From Rhynchobatus australiae (lineage: Eukaryota): DNA of 64,000 nt. Of this stretch, positions 12,745 to 23,945 are shown one piece after another; position 1 is the first letter of the stretch, and each line of letters starts with the position of its first letter. The DNA lies in the NCBI GenBank assembly GCA_034780895.1, contig JAUZTB010000072.1, positions 16,471,973-16,535,972 of the forward strand, given 5' to 3'. Made by a program: the position numbers and the translations under genes. The notes below the pieces were generated by a model. The model saw only the letters and a list, made by a program, of their open reading frames with translations. It was not told the DNA's origin and did no database searches.

Positions 12745-12962
12745 CTGGAGATCAGATTAACAGCACCACTGGCTGTTTGTGGAGGGAAAAACTCCAGGGA
12801 AAACCAAGTGTCTCTGGATTCAATACGGCGGCGCATCTTATCCTTGAGTCGGTCAGTATCAGGAGGAGGAGTTGAGCTGCGTGAACTTCCCCTGGAACCA
12901 TCACTGGAACCCTCATCAGATTTGGACACACGCCCCATGTCTTTTTGTTTTTCAATCAGCAT
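12745..12962 (-). CDS. MTHFR: MTHFR coding exon 1 ([11 protein letters not shown]...SSRSSTPPP...[20 protein letters not shown])
   Basis: Acceptor AG at 12974-12973, ATG at 12962, donor GTGAG at 12744. Confidence 0.93.
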
Positions 12963-15900
12963 CAACAGTTACCTGCAAACAGAAAATCCAGTTTAATGAA
13001 TTGAAACTGCTGATTCCATCCAATAAGTTGCATGAGGAAATGGTGCACAGGTACAAAACTTGTTTGGTAATGTAAGGCCACTCACTATCTTTTCTGATGT
13101 TTAAGGTTTGGAGGTTTCTTCCTCTCCTTCTCTCTATCCCACTCCACTCTTCCCATGTGGTTATTGGCTGTGGGTCTTCCAGGGACCAAGTAAACCTACA
13201 CCTGGCATATTCCTAGCTTCTAACTCACATGGTGAACTGAGCCAAGATTCAGCAAGTAAAAATCTAAAAGCCCCTATTCTCTGATGGTTATTGTTGATCA
13301 ACTGAGAAATCAAGGCCACCTTTAACACATTTACCTACTTTGAAGATCTGTAGTCAAAAGTATAATGGTCCTAATGGAACCTCTTCTCAGTGGCAGATGC
13401 AAGATGTTTCAGTGATGAATTGACTGTGCCAGCAACCTAAGTCACCATTTTACTCCCTCACATAACACATTTCCACCAGGTAAAAACGAGACACTCAGNN
13501 NNNNNNNNNNNNNNNNNNNNNNNNNNNNNNNNNNNNNNNNNNNNNNNNNNNNNNNNNNNNNNNNNNNNNNNNNNNNNNNNNNNNNNNNNNNNNNNNNNNN
13601 NNNNNNNNNNNNNNNNNNNNNNNNNNNNNNNNNNNNNNNNNNNNNNNNNNNNNNNNNNNNNNNNNNNNNNNNNNNNNNNNNNNNNNNNNNNNNNNNNNNN
13701 NNNNACTCATATGTCCCTTCCCTACACCTTCAGTGAGAGACTGCAATAAGGGTATAAGAAGCAAGACCTGAAGACCTCAGACAGGAAGGGACTGGGGTTG
13801 TGGCTGCTAGAATGACATTCACTGCATTGACTGTTAGCTCCACGCTGCTAAACCTTGGGTCCAGCCATTCAGTCAGCTTCTTATTTCTATGTCACCATGT
13901 GTACTTTTTCAAATAACGTCTGTACAAGAAATATTGAAGGGTGCGATCTCAGGCTAGAGATTAACAACTCAAACTCCTTCCTTTTCCCAAATCCCACTGA
14001 CCTTATTCCCACCCAGCCCCCCCTTGTTCTCTCTGTGCCACCGCCCCTCCTCGCAGACCTTCATTCTGTCCAGTATCCTCTTTATCCTCATCTCTCTGTG
14101 AGTATCTTCTCTTCCTCAATCCTGTATCATCTTCCCAATTGTCACCAACGCCCCCCCCACACACACACTCCCTGAAGTTACCTTTTGGGATCGGAAGTCT
14201 CCATGTTTCATACTTGCAACTGAAAAATTGACAGAATTAGCAAACTATGTGAGTATAATCCATCAGAGCACACACACCCATATCTACACTCTCTCTCACT
14301 CCCTCTTCTTTTTTCTTTCTGCTTCCTTCTTCTCATTGTGTTTTCTCAATTGGCCCCAAGGATACAAAAATATCTTTCCCCATCATCTCATTGCACTGTA
14401 TCAGGCACCATGTTGCTTTACAGAGTATGGCCCCTTTTAGTGGTTGGGGGGGGGGTGGCGGGGTGAAGACGCTAACTGACTTTAAACATTTATAGTTGTT
14501 GNNNNNNNNNNGGCCCCTTTTCTTGGGGGGGGGGGGGGGGGGAAGAAAAAAAATAAATCACAATTTACTGAACTCACATACACAAAGATGAACTACACAC
14601 ACAATGAACAAAAGTAGACCCTCAGACTGCAGACTCCATTCTCTTATGGAGTGCAAAGACCTTGCACAAATAGATTACACACACACTCCATCTCTGAATA
14701 ATTTATTATGTAGCTGATCATTTTATTGGATAGTTTCAGGCATACGTAGAGAATCTCCTCCCACAGCACTGGAAATTCAGGGTGCAAACATATTATGCTT
14801 TCATTTCATCTACAGAACATTATTCCCCTAACCCAAGGAAAAGGAAATCTCTCTCTGAACCAGTCACTCTTGGATTAAAATCCTGCTTTGGAAACAAAAC
14901 AAAATCTAGGCCTAACTAAAATCCTCTACCCGCCACCCATCACTCACAGCCAAACACTGAAGCTGCAATGCACTCATCCTAACACTGATTATTCCATTGG
15001 TCTGGAGAAAGAGAAAATAAAATTCAAAAGGATAATCATGTAACAATACTCAGAAACTCATGAAGAAATGCAAATCCTCAAGTTGGGAGTTACTGCTGAT
15101 AAAATGATATCCCTGCTGCCTTGACATTACAATATAGCTAATTGGGTAACAGCCATCAAAAGGTTACACCAGCAATTCTGAACTTCCCAAAACAAGTGCT
15201 TGTGACAGCAACCTGCAAAATTTAGTGCCCCAATCTGAGATTGTGACTGAACCCACTGGACTGAGAATGATTCACATTCTCATGTCTCAGAGAGCATTTG
15301 AAGTTCTAACATTACACATTTGGAGTTCAGTGACAGCAAAAGATTGATGTAGCTCTCTTCATAACAAATAACTAACCCACTTCCACTTCTACTGCAGACT
15401 CAGATGCCATCCGAAACCCAACTCCCATAATTNNNNNNNNNNTAATTGGTCTGCAGTAGACATGCTGTAAAATGAATGGCAAGCTGAATTTAAGAGATCT
15501 AATCTCATTGAAGACTGAATAACCTCTATTCTTAGATGCAGAAACATGTTCACAAGTTCAACCACCTGCTGGCGAGAGCACCAAAAGCAGGACTGAATCT
15601 TAGTAACTGAAAACTATCCTCAGAGTAACAACGCAAAACAATTCACTGAGTAGACACAGACCACAAATATAGGTCATTTTTTTTAAATATCCAATTATGC
15701 CACAACCAATCTTCTCTGCTCCAAGAATCGTTTCTTTAACCTTTTGAAGTAAGTTAGAATATAGTGTGCTGTTTTGACCTCTGTACTGAAGGAAGATAAA
15801 CGTGGACAATTTAGATTCATTAGATTAATTCAAGGGTCGGGAGGTTCTTTCAGGGGTATTGAGTGGGACAGTTTCTACTCCCTGGAGTTAAGAATGAGGA

Positions 15901-17344
15901 GTGATCTTACTGAAACATTTGACAGAGTGAAGCAACACACAAAAAGCAGGAGGAACTCAGCGGGTCTGGCAGCAGCTATGTTAGGAAATGGAAAGTCGAG
16001 ACCCTTCATCACGACGGACCGACTGATATTCTAGTTGTAGAATAGTAGAGCAGCGGGACAGCGCCCGATAGTGGCGGGGAAGGGGTGGGGCGGTCAGCCA
16101 TTCAGAAATGCTGAGCANNNNNNNNNNNNNNNNNNNNNNNNNNNNNNNNNNNNNNNNNNNNNNNNNNNNNNNNNNNNNNNNNNNNNNNNNNNNNNNNNNN
16201 NNNNNNNNNNNNNNNNNNNNNNNNNNNNNNNNNNNNNNNNNNNNNNNNNNNNNNNNNNNNNAGATAATGCAGGAAAGTGGAGACAATAGCATGATTTTAC
16301 TGAATAGTGGAATAGGTTTGACGGGCCACGTGAAAGTTAGAAAACTGCAGATGTTGGGAATTTGAAATAAAATAGGAAATGGTGTTTCAACACTCGCTAG
16401 CTGTGGAAAGACAATCGGAGTTTACTTTTTATGTGCATGGGCCCTGTGACCCCTCATGCATTTCTTATATTCGTGTCTATCTGAATTCCTTCATCTCTGG
16501 TATCAAGATGCACCCTTCCTTCCTTTTGTCTTCGTGGACATTTCAAAAACCCCATATCCAATGTGCATTCTCACAAACTTCTCAGATTTTCCTGCCGCTG
16601 TCAAAAACCCCCAGTTGTTCTTTCCCTGAACCGTGTTCATAGTTCCACGATATTTCCATAGCTTTCCTGTCAAAAAAATCTTCTTCAGCCCTCTCTACGG
16701 TACACCTCTTCCGTCCCTCGTCCGCTCATCTCACCAGTTTCGAAGTCGGTCTCCTCGACGTTTGATGTATCACGATACGAAATCAGCACTCCAGAGTTGG
16801 AATTAGCTGATTTCGGTGGCAGTGAAGGAGGTTTACGCGTTTAACCACTTTCGCACCAATCCTGGGAACATTAATTGGGTCAGTATTTTAGTGAGTTCAC
16901 TCCAACCTACCTGTGGAACAGTTGAAACATTTTCGAGTCGAGTAGACACCCTCCGATATCCACCGGCGTCTCCCCCCTTCCCACTGACGTGCGGAACAGA
17001 ATCGCCACCTCCTTTATAACGACAGTCCTTTAAATCCAGAAGGATGCGGTCAGACGGTCACACATTCCCCTTGGCTTCAACCGGGGGATCGACAAACGCA
17101 ATATTTTGCCTGCCCCAGAGCCAAACTTCGGCAAGAAGACAAACTCGTCCCGGGCTCTGCGAATGAGTGGGGTCAAGCGGCCGGGATCCAGGCCGGTTCC
17201 CCTGCCGGTCTCTCCCACAGACCCTCCCCTAACTAACTGCGTCTGCAGCCGGATCCCAACCACTCTCCCCTCAAACCCCCACTGCAGCCCATCACGCAGA
17301 CCGACGTCCACATCCCGAGCTCCTCCCCAACGGCGCATGTGCAA

Positions 17345-17462
17345 CGGGCACGCGCGTCGCGCGCCTCCGGACAAACGCGGGCACGCGCGTCGCGCGCCTC
17401 TGGACAAACGCGGGCACGCGCGTCGCGCGCCTCCGGACAAACGCGGGCACGCGCGTCGCGCG
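17345..17462. repeat. 33-bp tandem minisatellite, about 3.6 copies (CGGGCACGCGCGTCGCGCGCCTCCGGACAAACG)
   Basis: Units start at 17345, 17378, 17411 and 17444 (partial); one C>T difference in unit 2. Confidence 0.95.
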
Positions 17463-17603
17463 TCACCGGGCCCGAGCTCGCAGAGAGAGGGAGAGAGCGC
17501 TGCCTCCCTGTGATTGGTCGATTCTAAGCACGTGAGCGAAGGCTGTGGGTGGCCCGATCCGTCACGTGGGTGTGGGGGAGGAGGGCGGGTCACATGGGCG
17601 GTG

Positions 17604-17684
17604 ATGGCGAGTGGTCGAGGTCTGCGGCGGGGCTGCTGTTGCTGCTGCTGCGGGGAGAGGGAGGGCCGCAGCCCTGAGGAGCTG
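17604..17684 (+). CDS. CLCN6: CLCN6 exon 1 (MASGRGLRRGCCCCCCGEREGRSPEEL)
   Basis: gtgATGG Kozak context, donor GTGAGT. Confidence 0.93.
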
Positions 17685-17959
17685 GTGAGTGATGGCCGGC
17701 GGGTCGGGTTGCCTCGCTGCTTTGGCGTGGGCACTGGGATGGGGTCGGCCCTTTGCCCCACAAAGCGATCGCGGTCTAGGGGGTGAATGAAAGCTCCACA
17801 GTCGCTTCCCCAGGCTGACACCTGCCCCCCGGCTCTGCATTCGCACCCAGCATTTTCCAGCCGTTGTCTTAGCTGCCACATCCACACTCCGGGCATTCTT
17901 CCCGTGTGGCTACTGTAGGCTGCATCATTGCAAAGTCCGACCAAATGAATAGATGGGCC

Positions 17960-18800
17960 GTTTTTGATGTCACAGGTAGTGGGGAGTAGAGGAGGCTTCG
18001 AATAGGTATAGAATGACTGGGCAAAAGAGGTGGCAAGTGGAGTACAATGTAGGGAAGTTGTCAAATTATTCACAATGGCAGGGCGAAAAGAAAAGCAGAA
18101 CATGCATTGAAAAGTGAATAGATGTTGGTAATGAAAAGGGTTTTGAGGGCTTTGTGCACAGCTCATAAAGTTAACATTGGAGCAAATTGTACGTTTTCCT
18201 TATTGTCAACGTGTTGCCATATAAAGAATAAGGAAATGCTTCTGTAATTATGTCAGGCTTAAGTGAAACTGCACATGGAGTTCTGTGCATTGTTTTGGTT
18301 TCCTTGTGTATGCATGCATATATTTGTCTTAAAGGAGATGGAATTAAAATTTTTTAGCTTGAATCATGAGATGAGAAGCCCATCCATGAGGGGAAAATGA
18401 GTAGAGTATTCTCTAGCGTTCTTAAAAAATGAGAGGTGATCTCACTGAAGTTATAGCATTCTTAGGGAGATGCTGAGAGGCAGTTTTCTCCAGCTAAGGA
18501 GTCTAGAACTGAGGGTTACAGTGTGTTGTTACTTAGTCATTTAGGACTGAGTTAAGAACTTGCATATTGGATATCTTTGGCATTCTCTTTCATGGAGGGC
18601 TGTGGTCATTCAGATATGTTCAAATCACATCAATAAACTTTTGGGAATTGAAGAATATGGAGATCAGACTGTAATGTCGTAGAGTCATTGAATATACAAA
18701 ACAGAAGCAAGCGATTTGGCCTTTTGTGTCCATGCCAATTAATAAAGAGCTATTTAGGCAAATCCCACTTTGCAGCTCTCAGTGTGTAGTCTCATAGGAT
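17960..18800 (+). mobile_element. Old CR1 LINE 3' fragment in CLCN6 intron 1
   Basis: Degenerate 'W...WQVEYNVGK' and 'MRGDLTEV' segments typical of the CR1 RT C-terminus. Confidence 0.6.
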
Positions 18801-19875
18801 GTAGCTCAAGAACTTTTCATGAGTTTTTTTTGCCTTTAAAGAAATGAGGTATGGATCCAGACCACTTTGGGAACAAAACGTTTTCATCACTGTCATTGTA
18901 ATCCTTTAACAATATCTTAAATCCATTCCCTTGTATGGAGTAGATGTTGAAGTTCTGCACCAAAACCAAATACACTTAAGGGCAGATCAGGCTTAAGGTG
19001 TTGTATGTGCTACTCTTATTTCTTATGCTTTTTCCCCAAAGGTTTCACTGAAACAGATGAAACTGAGAATGTGTTTTGTAATGTCCAAGATGAGCTGTTG
19101 GGCCTGAATAGTTCCATCATTTCCGGGCTTGCTGATGGGATGGATTTGTTACAGAAAGTTGGTAAATCATTGCAATATTTTCAGAAGTTGAGGCAAGGAG
19201 TAGTGTTGCAAGGTTTTAGTCTCCAGTATTTGGATGGCGGTGGAACATTGGAGCATTACAACTTTTGGGCAGCAGGGTAAAAGTGTGACAGGGCTCGGGG
19301 TGGGGTGGTATTGGAAGATTTTTGTTTTGGTCAGCAGAGTGATAGTAATTGGTACAGGAAGGGTTGATAAGTTGCAGAAAACTAATAGTGAGATTGTTGT
19401 CCTCTGCTTAGTGCCTTGATTGCACAATATATATTGTGAAAATCTCCTGAGATTCTTGAATAGCTGATCTAGTATGAAGCTGTAATGATTCTCAATTTAA
19501 CAAAAAGGGAGACGAAATAATGGCAGTTTGCATTACAGAGTTAAATGTACTGGGAGGAAGAATAAGTCGTTTAGCCTCGAGTTTGTTTAGGTAGATCATG
19601 GCAAATGTTCACCTCAACTCCATTTTCCCTTTTCTATGAGTCCCTTGGTACCCTTACCCAAAATCTGGTATCTGGAAGTTTCAGTCCACACCAGCATTGA
19701 GTGATGTCTTGGTTGGGGCTAATGCAATGGCTTGTTGAACTGGCTGTTCATTTTCTGTGAAACCTTGTTTTTCTACAACTGTTCTTTTTAAAGTTGGCAC
19801 CTATATCTTTTGGACTTTTGATTGTCTCATAACTAACTGGGCTGGAAATAATGTAATATTGTATTTTTGTGACAG

Positions 19876-19935
19876 ACTATTCTGGGAGAGACACGGGAGG
19901 AAGAGGATGAAATTTTGCCACGCAAAGATTATGAG
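19876..19935 (+). CDS. CLCN6: CLCN6 exon 2 (TILGETREEEDEILPRKDYE)
   Basis: 60 bp, AG/GT boundaries. Confidence 0.94.
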
Positions 19936-20799
19936 GTATACAATTGCCTGATGTGGAGGTGCATTCAATTTTTATTTGTTCCTGTTTGCTGCATACCTGC
20001 TGCATATAATACCCCAAGGGAAAAAAGGAACAGACACTGGTGCAATGTCCTGCTTTTTATTCCTCATTTTCTTATGACCTTTCTTTGAGTTTTGTCACCC
20101 ACACTCTATCAGCTGGGAGTCAAGCAGAGTAACTATTGCATATTTCTTTTGTGCCACAGAATTCTCTTTTGAACATAAGTAAGCCATGTGTCTGTTTAAA
20201 TGATTTAATTGCTTCCCCCCTTTGCTCAACTGATATACCTTCCTACTTCTGGGTGGTCCTTTCACCTGTGAGAGGAGTAGTTTTCATCTTGAATAGATGT
20301 TGCCCATTGTTAAATATATAGTACAGTATCGCAGCTTGAATACGGAGAAACTCTCTTGTATGAAAGTTCTGTTCCTTGCATTGAAGAAAGTGCAGTGTGC
20401 GATGAATATTGCAGAAGGTCTGCGTGACAGACTTCGTTATAGCTGAAAATTTCTGTTTTGGAGCCACATGGGCAACTGTATGGCAGTGACTTCAAAGAGA
20501 TGCAGTAGGGAGTCAGAATAAATTGGTATCTGTAAACCATGTAGCAATGTATAAAAATTATATCCCAACCTGATGCAATCACAGCTGATCTGATCCAACC
20601 CAGGTTCGAGGTGTTTTTGTTTTTGCTTTCGGGTTGGAACCTGACACATAGTTAGATCCCATTGGTCTTGGGTGGGGTGGCAGGTGGATGGGAGGAGGTT
20701 GCTGGTTTTTGGATTGGGGCTGGGGGAAAATAATCCTCATTCTCAGCATGTACATCATGTGCATTTCATCCAAGAGCTGAGGAGGGGGTTACTTTGATT

Positions 20800-21055
20800 A
20801 AACGGTTCCCTTATACGATGAGATGGACTTTGACCTCACGATCTACCTTATGACCTTGCACTTTCTTGCACTGCACTTTCACTGTAGCTGTGATGCTTTA
20901 CTCTGTACTGTTATTGTTTTTAACCTGTACTACATCAATGCACTCTGTACTAACCCAATGTAACTGCACTGTGTAATGAGTTGACCTGTATGATCGACAG
21001 GCAAGACAAGTTTTTCACTGTACCTCAGTACAAGTGACAATAATAAACCGATACC
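20800..21055 (+). mobile_element. Rex1/Babar-like LINE 3'UTR fragment
   Basis: Closely similar to 54085-54276; ends ...cactgtacctcagtacaagtgacaataataaacc. Confidence 0.65.
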
Positions 21056-23005
21056 AAACCTTTTCCATTGCCTCAAGAAGCTGGATTGGGCCCAGGTCTC
21101 CCTTATCTTGGAGAGGAGCAAAGAGCTGGTCCCTCCAGGGGGTGAGCAGTGTTTCTATCCACCTTCTGGTGATTGTTCCCCACCAGTTAATTCTGGATTA
21201 AGGGGTTTGGCTGCATTGGTTGCCCCTGCCCCTATGATCGAGTCAGTGTCTAAGCAACCTCAACCTTTTTAGTGGTTTGTCATTCGGCTCCCTCCTTGAA
21301 AGGCTTTGGTGTACTGACAGATTATACAGCAATTTAAATCTAAATTTGTATGGAGTCAGCCAATTCCAATTTGAGCTCACTTTTATATCTGAGCCTATAG
21401 TTGGGTCGTATCAAACTTGGTTCAGGTAACCAGGCCCGACAACAATATAATCTTAAAAACAGAATTGTGGTGGTTCTCTAATTTAATACTGAGGAATGAA
21501 CTACAGACTGGAATTCAATCAAGGGAATTGGGTGGTTATTGCATAGAATTACAGATGCCCTGGTGTGAATAAAGTTGAGTTTGGGTGGTTTATATACAGA
21601 ATAACTGGCCAGTCAGTCAGCACTTGTGGTTCAGCCTATCAGTAGATTTGAACCCTAGGGTTAAATTATAACTTTTAGGTGAGTTGCTAGTTTCTATGCA
21701 TATTATTGNNNNNNNNNNNNNNNNNNNNNNNNNNNNNNNNNNNNNNNNNNNNNNNNNNNNNNNNNNNNNNNNNNNNNNNNNNNNNNNNNNNNNNNNNNNN
21801 NNNNNNNNNNNNNNNNNNNNNNNNNNNNNNNNNNNNNNNNNNNNNNNNNNNNNNNNNNNNNNNNNNNNNNNNNNNNNNNNNNNNNNNNNNNNNNNNNNNN
21901 NNNNNNNNNNNNNNNNNNNNNNNNNNNNNNNNNNNNNNNNNNNNNNNNNNNNNNNNNNNNNNNNNNNNNNNNNNNNNNNNNNNNNNNNNNNNNNNNNNNN
22001 NNNNNNNNNNNNNNNNNNNNNNNNNNNNNNNNNNNNNNNNNNNNNNNNNNNNNNNNNNNNNNNNNNNNNNNNNNNNNNNNNNNNNNNNNNNNNNNNNNNN
22101 NNNNNNNNNNNNNNNNNNNNNNNNNNNNNNNNNNNNNNNNNNNNNNNNNNNNNNNNNNNNNNNNNNNNNNNNNNNNNNNNNNNNNNNNNNNNNNNNNNNN
22201 NNNNNNNNNNNAAGGATGCGTGCTTAGACCACTGCTCTACTCTCGCTACACTCATGATTGTGTGGCTAAGCACAGCTCAAACACCATTTATAAATTTGCC
22301 GATCAACTCAATGTTTCAGGAACAGCTTCTTTACCCCAGCCATCAGATTTCTGAACAGTCTATGAACCCACTAATACTACCTCGTTATTTCTCTTTTACA
22401 CTATTCATTCATGTAAGTTCTAGTAACTTTTATGTGTCTTGCACTGTACTGCTGCCACAAAACAACAAATTTCACGACAAATGTCAGTAATAATAAACCT
22501 GATTCTGCTGTTATTAAAGATGTAAGTAGCAGGGTAGGTAAATGGGAAGCCTCTGGAGTTACCATATTTGAATTTTCCAATAGCTTTCAATATGCTGCTA
22601 CAGGAAAAGATTTTTTAAAGAAAAGGGTGATAATGTATGGATGGAAAATTAACTGAAGGTCAGAAATCAGAGGAGGAATAAATAGGTGGGTAATCTCATT
22701 GAAACAGAAATCAGTGTGCTTGACAGGATGGAAACTGAGAAGCTGTTTCCTTTTGCTGGAGAGAGTAGAAGGGAGCATAATATCAGGAAAAGTTCAGGAG
22801 ATGAGAAATTTCTTTACTATTTCAGAGAAGTTAAGGATACTCGGTCATTGAATATATTCTGGGTTCACATCGCTAGAATTCTAGACCCTTAATGGAATAA
22901 ACAATATGGGGATGATGCTGGAAAATACAGTTGGGTTGTGACTTAACCATTATCGTATCGAATTGTGGAGCCACTGTTTCTCATGATATTATGTTCTTTT
23001 GGCAG

Positions 23006-23071
23006 AGCTTGGACTATGATAAGTGCATCAATGAGCCATACCTGGAGGTGCTGGAAACACTCGATAACAAG
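23006..23071 (+). CDS. CLCN6: CLCN6 exon 3 (SLDYDKCINEPYLEVLETLDNK)
   Basis: 66 bp, AG/GT boundaries. Confidence 0.95.
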
Positions 23072-23594
23072 GTGCGCAAAGCTACTACTGTTAAACCTCA
23101 TCACTATTACTTTCTCAGAAGCAAGTATGGTTGGAAAATAAATGCTGGCCTTGCCTGTGACAGCCATGTCCTAGAAAAATAATAAAAAGATTGAGTCTCT
23201 AAATAGAGAAGGTTTCTATTCTAGTTGGGGACTTATAAAATGAAAACAATGACAAAATACAGGTTGAAATAACTTGAAGGATCATAAGATTTTCAGCAAA
23301 TGAGAAATATTTTTGATTTTTACATTCGCTTAACAGAACTTTCATTTTTTTCTGATCTCTATAAACATGGTGAACATAGTCAGGCTTATTGTTTGTTAGC
23401 CTATCTTTGAATTTTTTTCTTGGCTGTTGAAAATCTTATGAGTGTTCGGAGTGACATAAAAATTTTTCAGGCCCTTCAGATGACCCCACAGGAGGTCGAT
23501 GGTAATGGCATTGAATGTCAAGGGTGTATGTGAGGACACTCTTGTGGTGATGGTCTTTACCTGCGGAGCACTCATGATTTTCTGAATTCCATTT

Positions 23595-23945
23595 AATCAT
23601 TCAAGTCCCCTCCATCCAGAAATTTCAGCACAGAATCTAAGCTGATACTCTGGTATCAAGGGAATGTTTAAGGTGGAATTACTTGAATGAGATGTTAAAT
23701 CCATGCCCCTTGCACTTGATATGAACAGCTAATCTCATCTTGATATCTCAAAGAAGATCAGGAAAATTGTCCTGGTTTGGTTGATATTTACCCCTCAGCA
23801 AATACCATTGAGGATGATTATAGGTTATTTATTATGTGAGATCTTTCTGTGAGAATATTGTTTGCAGTTTTCCTTGCACCATACTGACTGTGAAACAGCC
23901 AAGGCATCCTGAAATTGTGAATGGTGCTTTATAAATTGATATTTG
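23595..23945 (+). mobile_element. DeuSINE (SacSINE1-like) copy
   Basis: ttcaagtcccc...cagcacagaatctaagctgatact...gagatgttaaa...gcatcctgaaattgtgaatggtgctttataaat. Confidence 0.55.

Larger units (their letters stand above)
3849..12962 (-). other. MTHFR: MTHFR gene (methylenetetrahydrofolate reductase), coding span, 11 coding exons, about 654 aa
   Basis: Exons join at GT-AG sites into a 1965-nt frame. Motifs include [51 protein letters not shown] and AVTWGIFPG. Internal exon sizes (239,111,194,251,135,181,183,102,120) match the mammalian gene as I recall it. Confidence 0.98.
16700..17900. promoter_or_regulatory. CpG island and bidirectional promoter shared by MTHFR and CLCN6
   Basis: Only strongly GC/CpG-rich segment of the window, lying between divergent genes. 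Contains ATTGG (17513-17517), CACGTG (17529-17534, 17563-17568), GTCACATG (17589-17596), GGGCGG (17583-17588) and NRF1-like GCGCATGTGC (17333-17342). Confidence 0.88.

Noticed and set aside
3849-12962. MTHFR as a decaying pseudogene, given its many substitutions
   Set aside because: All splice sites, exon phases and catalytic motifs are intact, with no stops or frameshifts once the gap artefact is collapsed
17345-17462. Possible CRISPR-like array
   Set aside because: Direct tandem units without unique spacers, in eukaryotic DNA with no cas genes
17030-18166. 378-aa minus-strand ORF and other ORFs overlapping the CpG island, with repeated GARRACPRLS and poly-Q
   Set aside because: Explained by GC-rich stop-codon depletion, the in-frame 33-bp repeat and the antisense of the poly-Cys codons; no recognisable domain
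19090-19420. Short ORFs in CLCN6 intron 1 as an alternative exon
   Set aside because: No ClC similarity; RVIVIG...VVLCL looks more like a decayed CR1 ORF1 esterase remnant, and is too weak to call
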